From: Lingula anatina
Lineage: Eukaryota > Animalia > Brachiopoda
DNA length: 64,000 bases
Assembly: GCA_051362555.1 (NCBI GenBank)
Contig: CM120644.1
Coordinates: 6,394,954 to 6,458,953, forward strand
Direction: 5' to 3'
Shown: positions 13,800-27,000 of the stretch, one piece after another
How the letters are laid out: each line of letters starts with the position of its first letter
Position numbering within the stretch: position 1 is the first letter of the stretch
Notes under the pieces: generated by a model
The model's input: the letters and a program-made list of their open reading frames with translations, nothing else
Told to the model about the DNA's origin: nothing
Database searches by the model: none
Position numbers and translations under genes: made by a program

Positions 13800-15014
13800 T
13801 TATCCGATTAAAATGCTGGCAGGTCTTTGTTGGTACTTCGGATAGGCCTGTCCTGGGCAGACGCTGGTGGCGCCATTTGGTATGGTGGCCTCGATGGATA
13901 TGTACTCACAGCCCTGGGTAGAGCAGTAATTCCACCCCTCTCTGTTGTATGCAGTAGTGATTTTCAGAAATAGAAGCCTGTAAAACGATGTGACAATATA
14001 TCAACTAACTTACATGTATATACATGTATTTTAGTACATGTAAGTACACGCTATTGTATTACGAATCATGAGTTGAGAATTAGGTGCATTGGCTTCATTT
14101 GTGAAAATGGGGTGGGGCACTTAATCGAAAGAACCTCTCTCTCTCTCTCTCATGAAATAACTATATGGACTTTTAACACTATGTTAAAGCAGAGTGTGAA
14201 CACGATTTGAAATAGATCCTACCACAGACTGTAAAACAGCGTCCAGGCAGGACAGGTCAAACAATGAATGGGAATTTGCATTATACGTGTACATTGTACA
14301 TGTAGACAACTTCTTCCGTCAATGTAAACTTGAAAATCTGACCGTCTTCTGGAAGACCCAGAAGACGGCCTAAATCCGCCCCTGTCTTACCCGACTTGTG
14401 CATCCCAGAAATAAACGCTTCCGTCGCCATTTTTCACCCCGGCCAGCGATGTGGCAGCGGTCAGAGGTTTGATGGACTGCCATTGGTACAGACGCTGGTA
14501 CTGGATTTTAAAGGTTGTTCCAATTGGATAACAGAGCCCAACGATTATATTGTCGTTTCTGGAAGACGATGCCAGAAGAGTTAAGAGGCAGCGTGATTCA
14601 AAGTTGGCTTTTGGTGTTGGGCATTTCTCAATAAAGTACATATACATATACACGTATCTTAATTGTTACCTATTTATTTGCTGATTTACGAATATTGAAG
14701 CATGCATTCATTGATTCCTTTCGTCTGCTAGTACATTTTAAAAAAATCTTAATTGAAATTGCAAAAAAGACTGTAAGTTAATATATAATTAAAACTTGCA
14801 GCCTTTTGATACTGATTTAATTTAAGTTCTTTTGTTGTTGTCACCCTATCAATACTACTGCCAGTATTAAAAGTCGAGGGTAATTTTGGGCATGCACATA
14901 GCTATACTCAGTTGTTGGTGTTTGCAATTAATTCACTTACTGGTGTTATATAAAAAAATAAATAAATACATAAGTTAGCAAACCAGCAAACCATCAAACA
15001 AACAAACAATCGGA

Positions 15015-15068
<54 letters not shown>

Positions 15069-18000
15069 TAAGGAAGAAATCAAAAGTGAAATATGTTTTT
15101 AAAAAATGGGTTGTTCAATTTGTATTACCTTTACTTACTGAAAACAAGTTAAAAATAGAACGGAAAACATTACTTGTTGAAGTTAATGGGGTGCAGCTGC
15201 ACGGTAGCGGGTGATGTACCGTCCCAGTGAATGGTATAGGTCTGCCCCAGTAACATGGACGGCTGGTACTGGTTCCAAACTCCGCCGCCTTTTCTCCACG
15301 GGCTGACCAGTTCAATCGGTTTGTCAGGGTGGTCGGTCCGGGTCATGGACATTCGGAGTACCTTGGTGTTGGCTCTCACCCACATCTACAGAGTAGAGGA
15401 AAATATTCCTAAATTGTTCTTCGACGAGTGAGGTGCGATTTGCATATGGGGTTTTTCTGTTATTGTTTCTCTCACTCTCTCTTTTGTTGCCATTGCTTTT
15501 TTCATTTTTACACTGTTTGATTAGGCTTTGACTGATATGGCATTTCCTATTTACTGAAATTTATAAGGTAAACTTACACTGTTTTAATACTTTCAGAATA
15601 GTTTGTACACATTTCAGCCAGTACTTACTGGTAGTTGCTGCAATGTAATATAAAGAAAGTTGAAACTCACCTGAGCATATGATCCTTTACAGACTGCGGC
15701 ATTCCACTCTGGTTTTTCGACACACCCAGCATGGCGCAGAAGATGGTTGTCCGTTCGAACGACATATGAGTCCTTGTATCCAGTGACGGAGCCGTCCTCG
15801 TCGTGGAAAATCTCTGTTTTGTCGCCGTCTCTGTCTGGTTTGGAGGCGTAATACCCAGTAGGAACACGCCCGACCCATGTATGGCGAGTCTGAATAATCA
15901 ATTCCAAAGCTAACTCATAAATGAACCCTGTCAGAAATTTTGTGTAGGGTTCTAACGGCCGTTCTAAATTGACCCAAAATCCTTAAATGTCCTATAGTGT
16001 CTAATAGGACCCTCTAAGAAATTGCTCCATAATAGTTAAGAATCCTTCAGGACAAATGTCTTTGATACAAGTGGGTAATTTCCATCCCCAGTGCAAATAA
16101 TTACTTTGGAATTTTTATACCGGGTAGTAACTAAATCAAAATAGTTTTATTATTATATAAATGAAAAGTGTACTACACCAGTTCATATGACAGAAAATGA
16201 TTATCAATCAGCCAATCCTTGCTTACCACGTCATCAAAGGAGATGCCAGTGAATCTGCTTGTCGTAGCCAACTGCCAGCCGTTCCGCAGGAGGAACCCAA
16301 TGGCGGCCGTAGCGTTGTTGTATTGACTCACGTAGCGCTTAAACTGACACCTTTCTATAGAAATTGGGCCGTCATATACTGCAATAGCTCTCTTGGGATT
16401 TGTTCTGTAAATTGGAATCAATGTATTTTTACCCGCTTATTTACTAGTAAGTGTGAACTAATAGTAAATGTGTTTCCAATAAGTTATAAACTGCATACTG
16501 TTCCTCATATGCTCACATTAGTTTTAAACAAAACTACAATTAAGAGAATTAATTGTATTTATGTAGCAAATGGTTTGTTTTAGTGGTGCTATTAACTTTT
16601 TGGTAATACATCAACGTTTTGTTTGGGTCTTGTGTCTGCACATTTTGACCTTAAGTAGTTGACCAAGACAAGGTGTTAACAGATGCCCAGGGTTAAGGAA
16701 TGTCTTAGCTGCTGTGTATCAAGGCACACACAAGTATATTCTATGAAAGATGTTTTGGAGATTAATTCCATCGAGCTGCATTCAGTTAGAAGTCATTCAG
16801 CTTTGTAGCTGCGGATATATTTACCCGCAGTTTTAGCAGCTACACTGTATTATTACTTACGTTTCTTTATTGTTATTTGTACACTGGTTACCAGTCATCA
16901 CTTTTGTGGTTTCAAGATTTGGGGACGACTATTTGTTACTTGGTAACTATTTTCTTCGGATTATTCAGTTTTCCCCAGCCACCAGTTTTGGTATTCAAGA
17001 TTCAGCGACGGCTGTTGACGGTTATTTGTTACTTGGTGACTTTATTTTATTTGGACAATATTCACTTTTCTCCAGTCACCAGTATTTGATATTCAAGTTT
17101 CGGCGACGGCTGTTTCCTTTTACGGGATGACTTCAAGTTTTGGATCACACACAGGCTAGTATTTGTTTTCATTTCCCCCCCTTTTTTCACGTGTTCTTAT
17201 CAATACATTTATAATTGTTGTGTTATGCAACTACAGTTGTTACCTTTTTTGTTTAGGTGTCACTCACCATGTTATTTTTGATTTTTTTTTCCTTTGTGTG
17301 TATCTATTTTATTTATGTTTATATTCCTATCGGGACAGGTGTTTTTGCAGTTTTCATATTTCCTATTTCCTGGCTGTCATTGACATGCCGTATCTATTCA
17401 TATCCTATTTCCGATTGTCTCCGTGTCCGCATTACCAGGTGGAGTATTATTAGGGGTTTCTGGTCGACTAGGCGATATGCATTTTTGGAGTTTTTATGCT
17501 CTTTGTTCTGGGTGTACTTCCCAGGTTTTTCACTGTTTGCCTAGTAGTGAGAACCCTGTAGTGGTATCTGGTATACTAGGTTCTGGGTGTATTTCCCAGG
17601 TTTTTTAACTGTTTGCCTAGTAGTGAGAGCCCTTTGTGGTATCTGGTATACTAGGTTCTGGGTGTATTCCCAGGTTTTTAACTGTTTGCCTAGTAGTGAG
17701 AGCCCTTTGATGGTATCTGGTATACTAGGTTCTGGGTGTATTTCCCAGGTTTTTAACTGTTTGCCTAGTAGTGAGAGCCCTTTGGTGGTATCTGGTATAC
17801 TAGGTTCTGGGTGTATTCCCAGGTTTTTAACTGTTTGCCAAGTAGTGAGAGCCCTTTGGTGGTATCTGGTATACTAGGTTTTAATTTTTTGGGAGCTGTT
17901 ATGCCCCTATTCTGGGGAGTCACCCAGCTCTGTGTTCGTTGCCTAGTCGGTTTTCCAGATATCCCTGTTTTTACGTGCACGGCTAAGCTGAGGCTGTTGC

Positions 18001-21000
18001 CTGCATGGATTTTCTCTGGCGGCGGACTAGGAGATGTTTAATTTTTTGCACTTCTTATATCAATATGGCTCATGCCATATCTACCCAGGCTATTCGTTGG
18101 GTTTATGCCGGGTTTATATGTTCTCTGTACAAGTGTATATTTTATTCATATTACTTATTCCGTTTACTTACTTGAATTACCTGGCCCGGGAATTTTTTAT
18201 TACTGAATTGTCTTATATATAAATGCAACTGCCTTCGGTCTTCTTAGTTTCCTTGGCGGGGATGTGAGCTTCTCTCACATCATATGGCCTTTTATTTTCA
18301 TTTGCGCCAACTTTTTGCTCCTATAGCTGTTGTGATTTCTCATATTTTTCATAATTAATCCTGGTTACATTTCATTAACATACTTTATTATTTTTATATT
18401 TAGCACTTATATAGTTTGGGGGATGTTTATTATCTCCCCAGGCCTTTTATTTTCATTTGCGCCAACTTTTTGCTCCTATAGCTGTTGTGATTTCTCATAT
18501 TTTTCATAATTAATCCTGGTTACATTTCATTAACATACTTTATTATTTTTATATTTAGCACTTATATAGTTTGGGGGATGTTTATTATCTCCCCAGTTTT
18601 GTAACTTTGTATCTTATTAGTTTTCGTCATTAATAAATGACAATTTCAGTCATATGGACTTATCCTACTTAATTTGGAGCAAAAACAGAGCTTCGTTGTG
18701 CTTGTGAACATTTGGCTACATAAATTGTTATATGAGATTTACTTCTCTGACACATTAGTTTATATAACATTTGCATGTTATATCATTAACATTTAAACAA
18801 ATGTTCACGATTACAGTTCGGAACACTTTATATAACCTTGCTTGAGAAAACATACTGGCTAGTACATATTGTATGATATGCCCTTGCTTTAAGATAAATT
18901 AATAATGAGTACACAAGACTATAAGGTGGATGTAACGGTAAGCAAACCTAATAAGCTGCTTCAATCTAACCTAGTTTCATTAGATTCGAGACAACAGTTT
19001 TATTCAGTCCGATGTCTCGTTGATTTGGCAACAAATTCGCTTTGAACATATTTAATGTTTCATCTTGAGACAGCGACACTGGGGCCAATCATTCGTATTT
19101 GACACATTTGCTAAGGCTTTAACTGTATTCCTCTTACTTGTCACTGGGCATCATTCGCATCTTTCCGTCAAAGCCAGCAACCCAATTCCCGTTCCATGCG
19201 TTTAAATTCTTTGACCCCCTGTTTTCACTTTCGCCAACAAATATGGTGTCTCGGATAGTCTGGTGACTGCCGGCGTCGAATGGGGTGACACCTTCACTGT
19301 AATGGGAAGGAATGCAGTAATTGTGAATGGCTTAATGAAGCTCTCTAACCCATCGACATCTTAAGAAGAACTGTTGACGATATTAAGAACAGATCAGATG
19401 GTGGTACAAAGAGATCTTATCCAAAATATTTTCCATTTTCGACTTACAACTGAGATTATCATAGAAATATACGGATATAAAGGGGAAATAATAGGCCATT
19501 TAGTAAAAAAAAAAGTCGGTACGATACCTTGCTAAGATGACCGCAGTTGTGATGTCAGAAAACCTAAACAGATAATTGTAGAACATGTAAACCTAATGAT
19601 ATCATTAAATAATGTAAATATTATGTACTGCTTACTGCTTGCTTTAAATGTTTATTAAGTAGTATTCATAATGAGGAACATATATGTATTCAATCAAGAT
19701 TTTTTTTATTTTTATAAAAAAAGGAATCTTTTTTTTCTCTCGCAGTTTTTAATGGAAACATCCGAAGAAAAGCGTCTGATCCTAACATTTTATGTACTAT
19801 TTTCACTATATACATGTACTACTTAACAACACATTTCCAATAATTGGCCATGGCCTTATTCATTCATTTGTTCAATATAAAAAGTTGACATGCTTCCTAT
19901 ATGTGGAACAACCGATCAACAACTTCAGAAGCACCCATGATTTTGTATACACATAATAATTTTTAGAAAATCATAAATTACTGTATTGTCCTGCGCGTCC
20001 AAACCCCCCGTTTTTTACCACAAATAATTTAAATTTCACACCAATAAAGATACTGAAATGAAAAGAAAATCTATGTTTTGTGTACACTACCTTGAGTTTT
20101 GGATTATTATATCACCCCCACGGGCCCAAATCCCCCAAGTCGGTGACTTGTAAGCCGTAAAGCGGTCCACTATAGAGGGGGATCTCGGCTTGTTGATATC
20201 GGCGTCAACGTGAGGAGCGTGCCTTATTGCAGGTAAAAAATAGGCAGATTAATAAATGAATGAAAAAAATAAAATAAAATGAAGGTTTAACATACTTGAG
20301 CTAAGATGACAGTGTCTTTTGTTTTATTACAGGTTAAGATGTTATAATCTAAATGTATATTTATAATTAACTGCTCGTGGATCACTCTTTGTTTTCTGCT
20401 CATCAATAGTACCTTATTTCAGTTATTGATCAAAGTAATCCCACTGCTGTTTTGAGACTTAATGATTTAATCAAATTCACCTCCAATTATCATTATTAAC
20501 AAAATACATATTCCTTAATTTACATGTATCATTAATCAATTTCAGAAGAACCATCCGAGTTTCATTGACATGTTTCGTCTTAACCAGTCGCGGTGTATCC
20601 TATCGCACTTTGCACTTAATCGTGTTATATAAATTTAAAGAAAAAACATATTTCATATAGCCAGTGCTAATCCCAGAGTTTCCAATTTATAACACCAAAT
20701 GCGCGCACCTTGCCCCGGTCATGGATAAATACTCAGCTGGTGACCGTGACGAAGAGGGTGACGTCTTCACACCGTCATCCAACATCAATGACGCCTGCAA
20801 CAAAGAAGTACACGACAGTGCGCACTCATATTGCGCTTTTCATGTTATTAATTTCAAATCACACTCCAAAATAATTTGAACAAGCTGGGGGTAACAGGTT
20901 TACTTTTACGTTTTGTTAAATTGGAATATCAATTATACGTGGCGTGTGTGCCATTATAAATCTTTGCTTCGTGTCGTAACAAATAATTGCTATACGATAA

Positions 21001-24000
21001 CATAAATGATTATTCTTATATATTATTTCGTTATGCAGATTCTTACAGATCCGTTAACTAAATACTAACCAAAACAATTATGTGCTTATAACTGCCTTAA
21101 ATTACCAGTAACTAATATGACCGTTCACGAGATTTAAAATGTCCATGTACGTATCTCAAGAAAATTTCAAACAGATGTACTGGTATATGTACTTATTATA
21201 TAAATCCATCAGTTTTAATATAGATGTTCTGGTAGTTCACCTAAAAGTCCAGTACACACATCTTACCTCAATTATACTTATAGTATGGTACATGTAGCAA
21301 GTCTGTTCAATGCAACTCACCTTCCCCATATTTGAATGAGCCCTGTTGTTAGAGAACTTTTTGATCGGGGTCCTTTCACAGTGAAACATTGGCAACGTTC
21401 CCTTAGACGGTCCAGTGGGTTCCCTGTGGAACACAAACCAGAAACCAACGCTCTGGAAATAATGAATTACACATTAATGCCGAGCATATGCTAAGATACA
21501 AGAAGATCTGTTATACCTACCCTCTGTTATCAGAGCTAAATTTCTAAAATAGTATACACAATGAAAGTATAAGCCAGATACAATGATTTTGTAACAGACT
21601 TCAGTTTTGATACAATACCGCCATTTATCGGAGAGTTTGTAAACACGAAAGATAATAATTATTATTTTCTCGATATACTGGGTAAAACAGGGGTCCGCAT
21701 TATTTTTGACTTATTAGTTGTAGCCGTGGTCAGTATTTTTTGCATGCATATTAATAACGTTTGTCATGGTATCTGTTTGTTGTGGGTTGTATACTTGCCG
21801 CGGAACCTCCAGCAGCGTTGTTGGTAAACGTGTTGTTTGGATGGGCTATCCAGAATGTGGTTACTGCGCTGTAATATTAAATAGCTTGACATGTAATTCA
21901 GTTCAAAATACCACAACTTATATCTTGATGCATTTTGTTTTTCGCGAACTTCATCCATCCAAACCCTAGACATATAACAAACGTGTAATATTGCTAAAAA
22001 TAATGACAAATTGTTGTTCGTGTACTTGTTTTTTATTATGGATTATCATTCTCTGCATAAAGATCAAAGCTTTGATTCAGTTAGATAAAACTATTGTGGA
22101 CACTGCCTGTTGAGAGAGAGAGAGAGAGAGAGGAGGCATGAGCACGAAGTAGAAAAACGAAAGGTCGCTTGGACAGAAAGAAAGTCACTAACTTGCAACC
22201 CCCAGGTGAAGGCGTATATCCCGCAATAACATTATCTTTCATAGCTTTGCACATCTTGGTATTTCTATCAGAAGGCAGGATGGTGCCCGGTTTGGTGAGG
22301 AGACCCAGGTTATGGTCCAGAGTGTTCCTCTGTTCATTGCCGTCCTCCAGGAAGAAGCAATGACCCAGTGCATCGTAGCCAACGACATTTTGAACCTAAG
22401 GTATCCGATAATGCAATTTACATTTGTTAAAATTTTGGGAATGCAATTCTAGAAAGCACGGCCGAGTAGGGCTTGAAAATAATGCAAATTTCGAAAATTC
22501 ATGGGGCACTATACAATGCTCTATATCCCCTGTCACACCAGGTTTGCTACTGCTTGAAGAATGGATTTAAATCCACTTTCACTATTGTGAGAATGTGTCA
22601 TATTCGTTCTTTAAATATACGGTGGCAAGCTTGGTATGAAAGGAGCTTAATCAGCGATCAATTCCGTTATATAACTGTAGGACAAAGTATCGCTAGCAGT
22701 ATAAAGATACTGAGGTACTTTCTACTACTTACCAAAAGTCCATTAGTGGCATGGATTGTGACACATCGACTGAAGGAGTGGTGGATGGACAGGTCTTTAA
22801 CCCAGGTAGGGTTTGTGTAGCCACCGAGTTCGTCCACGTCACCACACATGTGGAAATGAATAGGGTAACTGCCAGGGATTTGTTGGCCCATATTGAAAAA
22901 CTCCACCCCGGACAGATGGACAGATTTGAATCCTTTCAAAATCTTTAAAAAAGAACATTAAATCAAGACGAAAGAAACATCTAAAATCAACGAATAATGG
23001 CCATCGTTGCCAACTTAAATTATTGGAATTTGCTTAAAATTTTTATTTTAATTTATGAAGCCAACCCATTTCCATTACAACACGTGTAAAGCACAAAAAG
23101 GCAATATATCTTATCGGATTCGTAGGAATCGATAGCACCATTAAAATTGAAATCGGCCGTTTTTTCAAAATTACTAGCAGGGTATAACATTACCTTCAAA
23201 TTGCCACCGAACGTGTCGTAGTCGAAGAACTGGCAGAAATTGTCCCCATAACATTTCGGCTCCATTTCTCCTTTGATAACTATATTTCTGCTCAGTAAAC
23301 CGACCTCAGCCCGCATGTCAACACCATAGGAAGAGCCGCCAAAATGGACATAGTTTACTCGACCTGAAACAAAGTGTCATCAGGGATAATTATGTAAAGG
23401 CCTGCTCACCATACCAGAATAAATCAATCAAAAACAAAGGATTCTGTTTTCACTTCCGACACTTATACTAGTGCACTATTTTCATTGTTTTACATAAGGG
23501 GTTGAATGTAGTACAAAGGAAGACATTCAGAATATTTCACAAATGTTTTATCCTTACCAGGGTCAAAGTTGAATTATGGCGAAGCGATTTATATGTAACA
23601 ATTTACTTTTAAAATTAAAACACATCATCAAGTTTAGTTAGAATTAGAAAGAATGGTAAGTAAAGTGCATAAGAAAAAAAAGTCAATATGGAACTAGTGT
23701 GGAGGGAGAATATCTTGCTTGAGTTCGTTTGAAAAGTGTCGATGAGTAGAGGTAAAGTCAAGTAACATACTGATGGTTTCATCTATAAAAGTAGCAACGT
23801 ACCCATAATCTTGACTTGATAACGACTACACCCGTCACATTTTCCAATCACAAACTCTTCAGCCTGATACATGGACAAATCAGTGCTGCTGATAACTACA
23901 CGATCTCCTTCCTTCCAACTGCTGACGTCATCTGCCAGTGTGATCACGTGTCCATCCGTTACGTCAGTCAGTTCAAATAGACCGCTGGCCCATTTGTTTG

Positions 24001-27000
24001 GACCTGTTATGAACGAATACAAAAATATGTCCTGTGGTAATATATTCATTTTCATAAATACGTGTAGCTTTTATTTTGATTATCAATAGAAAAAGGTTCA
24101 TACCGTTAGATATGCCTTATATCAGGTTAGACTTTGTCGACGAGCTGAGATCTTCATAGCTATATATTATATTAATTCTAAATTTATTATATGCTGATAT
24201 GAAGGACATGTAGCCAATGAAGCTTGCTCATGACTCTTTTATGACTCACGCCATTTTTCTTACCAGTTACAAATTACGTCAATGGACGTTCCCCATTTTT
24301 TGTTACTGCATGACTGCAAAACATTCCACCAAGTAATTCATTATAGAATTGATAGGTTAATGGTTTATGCGGAATAACTCAAACCTGTGGTGCCATTTAA
24401 TTCGGATTCAAATGTACCTGCGCCTTAACGTTTTTGATAAAAATGCTGTTTATTCATACAGTACATAAAAGATGTGGTCCACGAGATTAAAATCAGGGCA
24501 TAAATTCATTCATTTTACATAACCTACCGTCCCATCCGCTCCTGACGAAGACCCGGAACTGGCCATTGGCATTGGTGAACTGTTTCTCAGTTTGAGCATA
24601 GTGCATCGTTGTGTAGCCTAGAAACACGTAAGATATACTCTACAAAAATCACCAGGTATCAATACCGACTCTATAGAAAGAGTAGTAATGGCAAAGAGCG
24701 TACATGAGTAAGAAAGAAAGAATGGAACATGTGGTAAGACTAGCTGAAAGAGCATAACTGGCAATAGACAAAGGCTGAGTAACGGGTGCTATGGTGATGG
24801 ATGTAGACCAAGGTTTTGATTCAGTTGTGATGACAAACAGTGAAGCTAACCCAAGAGATTGTAATCCAGCTTCTTAAATTAATTTGCTTTGATGCTTTTA
24901 GGTATGAAGAAGGCTTTTGATTAAGTTTGGGGTTCGGATCGTAAACAAGAACTATTTTTATCGTTTTAAATTACATAGGTACAGAGTTAAAATCAAACAA
25001 CAAAAGAGAAACATTGTATCAAAATTTAAGCTATTTAATTTTTAAATAATATTTTAGACGTATGTAAATATAATTCTAAATCTAATTCGAAGTCATCATG
25101 TGACGATGTTGTGTTAGTTGAGATTGTTTTACATTGCTACCGGTAGATGTCTCTGTAAGTAAAGTGTTGTCCGGTGTGCAAGTTTGAATCCTCCCGTGAT
25201 TGGTAACCTAAAGGTAAAACTGTTCATTGTATAGTTGGTTCTGATTGGTAAACGTGTACTATCTGAACTAGTATATAAGGGGTAACGTGAAATAAATCGG
25301 CCTCTTTGGCTTCTTTGCGGCTGACTTTGCAGCTCTCTTGGTTCTTTTGCTCTTCTCTTGAGGCTTATCTCTTTGGTTTTTTGGCTTTGTGCTTATACTC
25401 TGAGACACCAGTAAGTACATTGTTATTTGTACCTTCATAAGGCACTCGGCCGCGAAGGCGTAACAATTGGCGCAGTCGACAGGATAGAATTTTGTGAAGC
25501 TAACGTTATTAGAGGATACAATTTGTGTAGCATAACTGTATGTTGTTAAATTGACAGAATTCAATTTGTGTAGCTAACGTTGTCAATTTACGGGATAGAA
25601 TTTGTGTAGCTTGTGTAGTTAGAGGATAGAATTGGTAGTTATTAGTGATATTAGAATTTTTGAAAAGCTTTGTGTATGACTGAGTGAGAGTTGGAAAGAT
25701 AGTGACACGTGTTAGTCATCTTGTTGCAAGACGCGAACTAGTCGGAACATATTGCAGTGATATTTCATTTTCATTGTTGTTTGATACTCGCGGCAATTTA
25801 GTAAATATTGTCAAAGTAGCATTCAGTTTAGTAGTTAAAAGATATTTTGTATTAATTTTCTGTTGTGATACTACAACTGCAGAGACATTGCGAACCACGT
25901 GTAGTGAGTAGTAGTCGGAAAGACCACGTGTACTGAGTAGTAGTCGGACAGACCACGTGTAATTACAGGCCCGTGCGTGTAGAGCCTTATGTTGTAATTA
26001 GAATGCAGAACATAATTTAGTGAGTTTATTTACAAAGAAAAGCATTTATTAAAAATAAAGGTTTCAAATTTGTGTTTTTCACTGACTTGCTGAATGAAGG
26101 AGTGAGTGTGAATTGTTTATTGTATATTTTTATCAATATTGCAATAGCATATATTGATAGAGTACTATTCTACCTTGTTCGTCTGTGTTGAAAGTGTTTC
26201 ATCATAGGTGTACATGTGAGTAGGTTGAATAGTGTGAGAGATTTGTTTGTATTTACTGTGAAGTTTAATAGTGGCTTTTTGCTGAAACTTTCTTCAAACA
26301 GTAAAGTGTGGTAGTGGTGAAAGTATTTTATTGTGTAGTTTTTGTGGCACAGCTGCATTGCTATTATCAATAAAATTGTGTAATAGGTTGTGGGAAACTG
26401 GAAGTGAAAATGGCGTCGGGTCATGTAGAAAGTGGTGTTGTGTTGAATGTGCAGACAGCATCTGAGACAGAATTGAAAAATTTGAAAGGAATTGGTCCAG
26501 TGAAAGCTCATAGATTGGTGTCTTTGAGAAATCAAAAAGGAAAATTGCTGTTGAGTGATTTGGAAGAAATTACTGGTATTAGTGTAGCAGAATGGCAGAA
26601 ATGGGAAAAGAAGGGTAATGTGATTCTGGGTGTAATAGAAGAAAAAGATGAAGGTTCAAAAGTTGGAGATGAGAAAAATGAAGAGAGTGTGAATTGGGAA
26701 GAAAAGTATAGAAAGTTGATGGAACGATTGAAGGTACAAAATGAAATGATAATAAATCTTCGAGATGAGGTAGAAGAAGCAGGAGAAAAGATAGAATTTT
26801 TATCTAGCGAATTGGAGATGAATGATGCTAAAGTGAAAAAGTTGGAAGTTGAAAATTCAGAAATGGCAATTGATTACAAAAAGTTGAAACAAGAGAGGAA
26901 TGCATTGGAAGATGAGAAATCTGTGTTGGAAAATGAAAAGAGTGCATTAGAAAAAGAGAAATATGCTTTGAAAAGTGAAAAGTATAGTTTAGAGAGTGAG

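Larger units (their letters stand above)
16562..18720 (+). mobile_element. 2.16-kb intronic insertion with TGTAGC...GCTACA termini (large solo LTR or non-autonomous TIR element)
   Basis: Termini TGTAGCAAATG and CATTTGGCTACA are inverted repeats, with TA on both sides. AATAAA lies about 85 bp before the right end. Internal tandem repeats and a strong T-rich strand bias. Confidence 0.55.

Noticed and set aside
26410-26620. Bacterial comEA contamination or recent horizontal transfer
   Set aside because: The HhH segment is in frame with Gag, shares the element's C-poor composition and lies between matched LTRs inside a eukaryotic intron.
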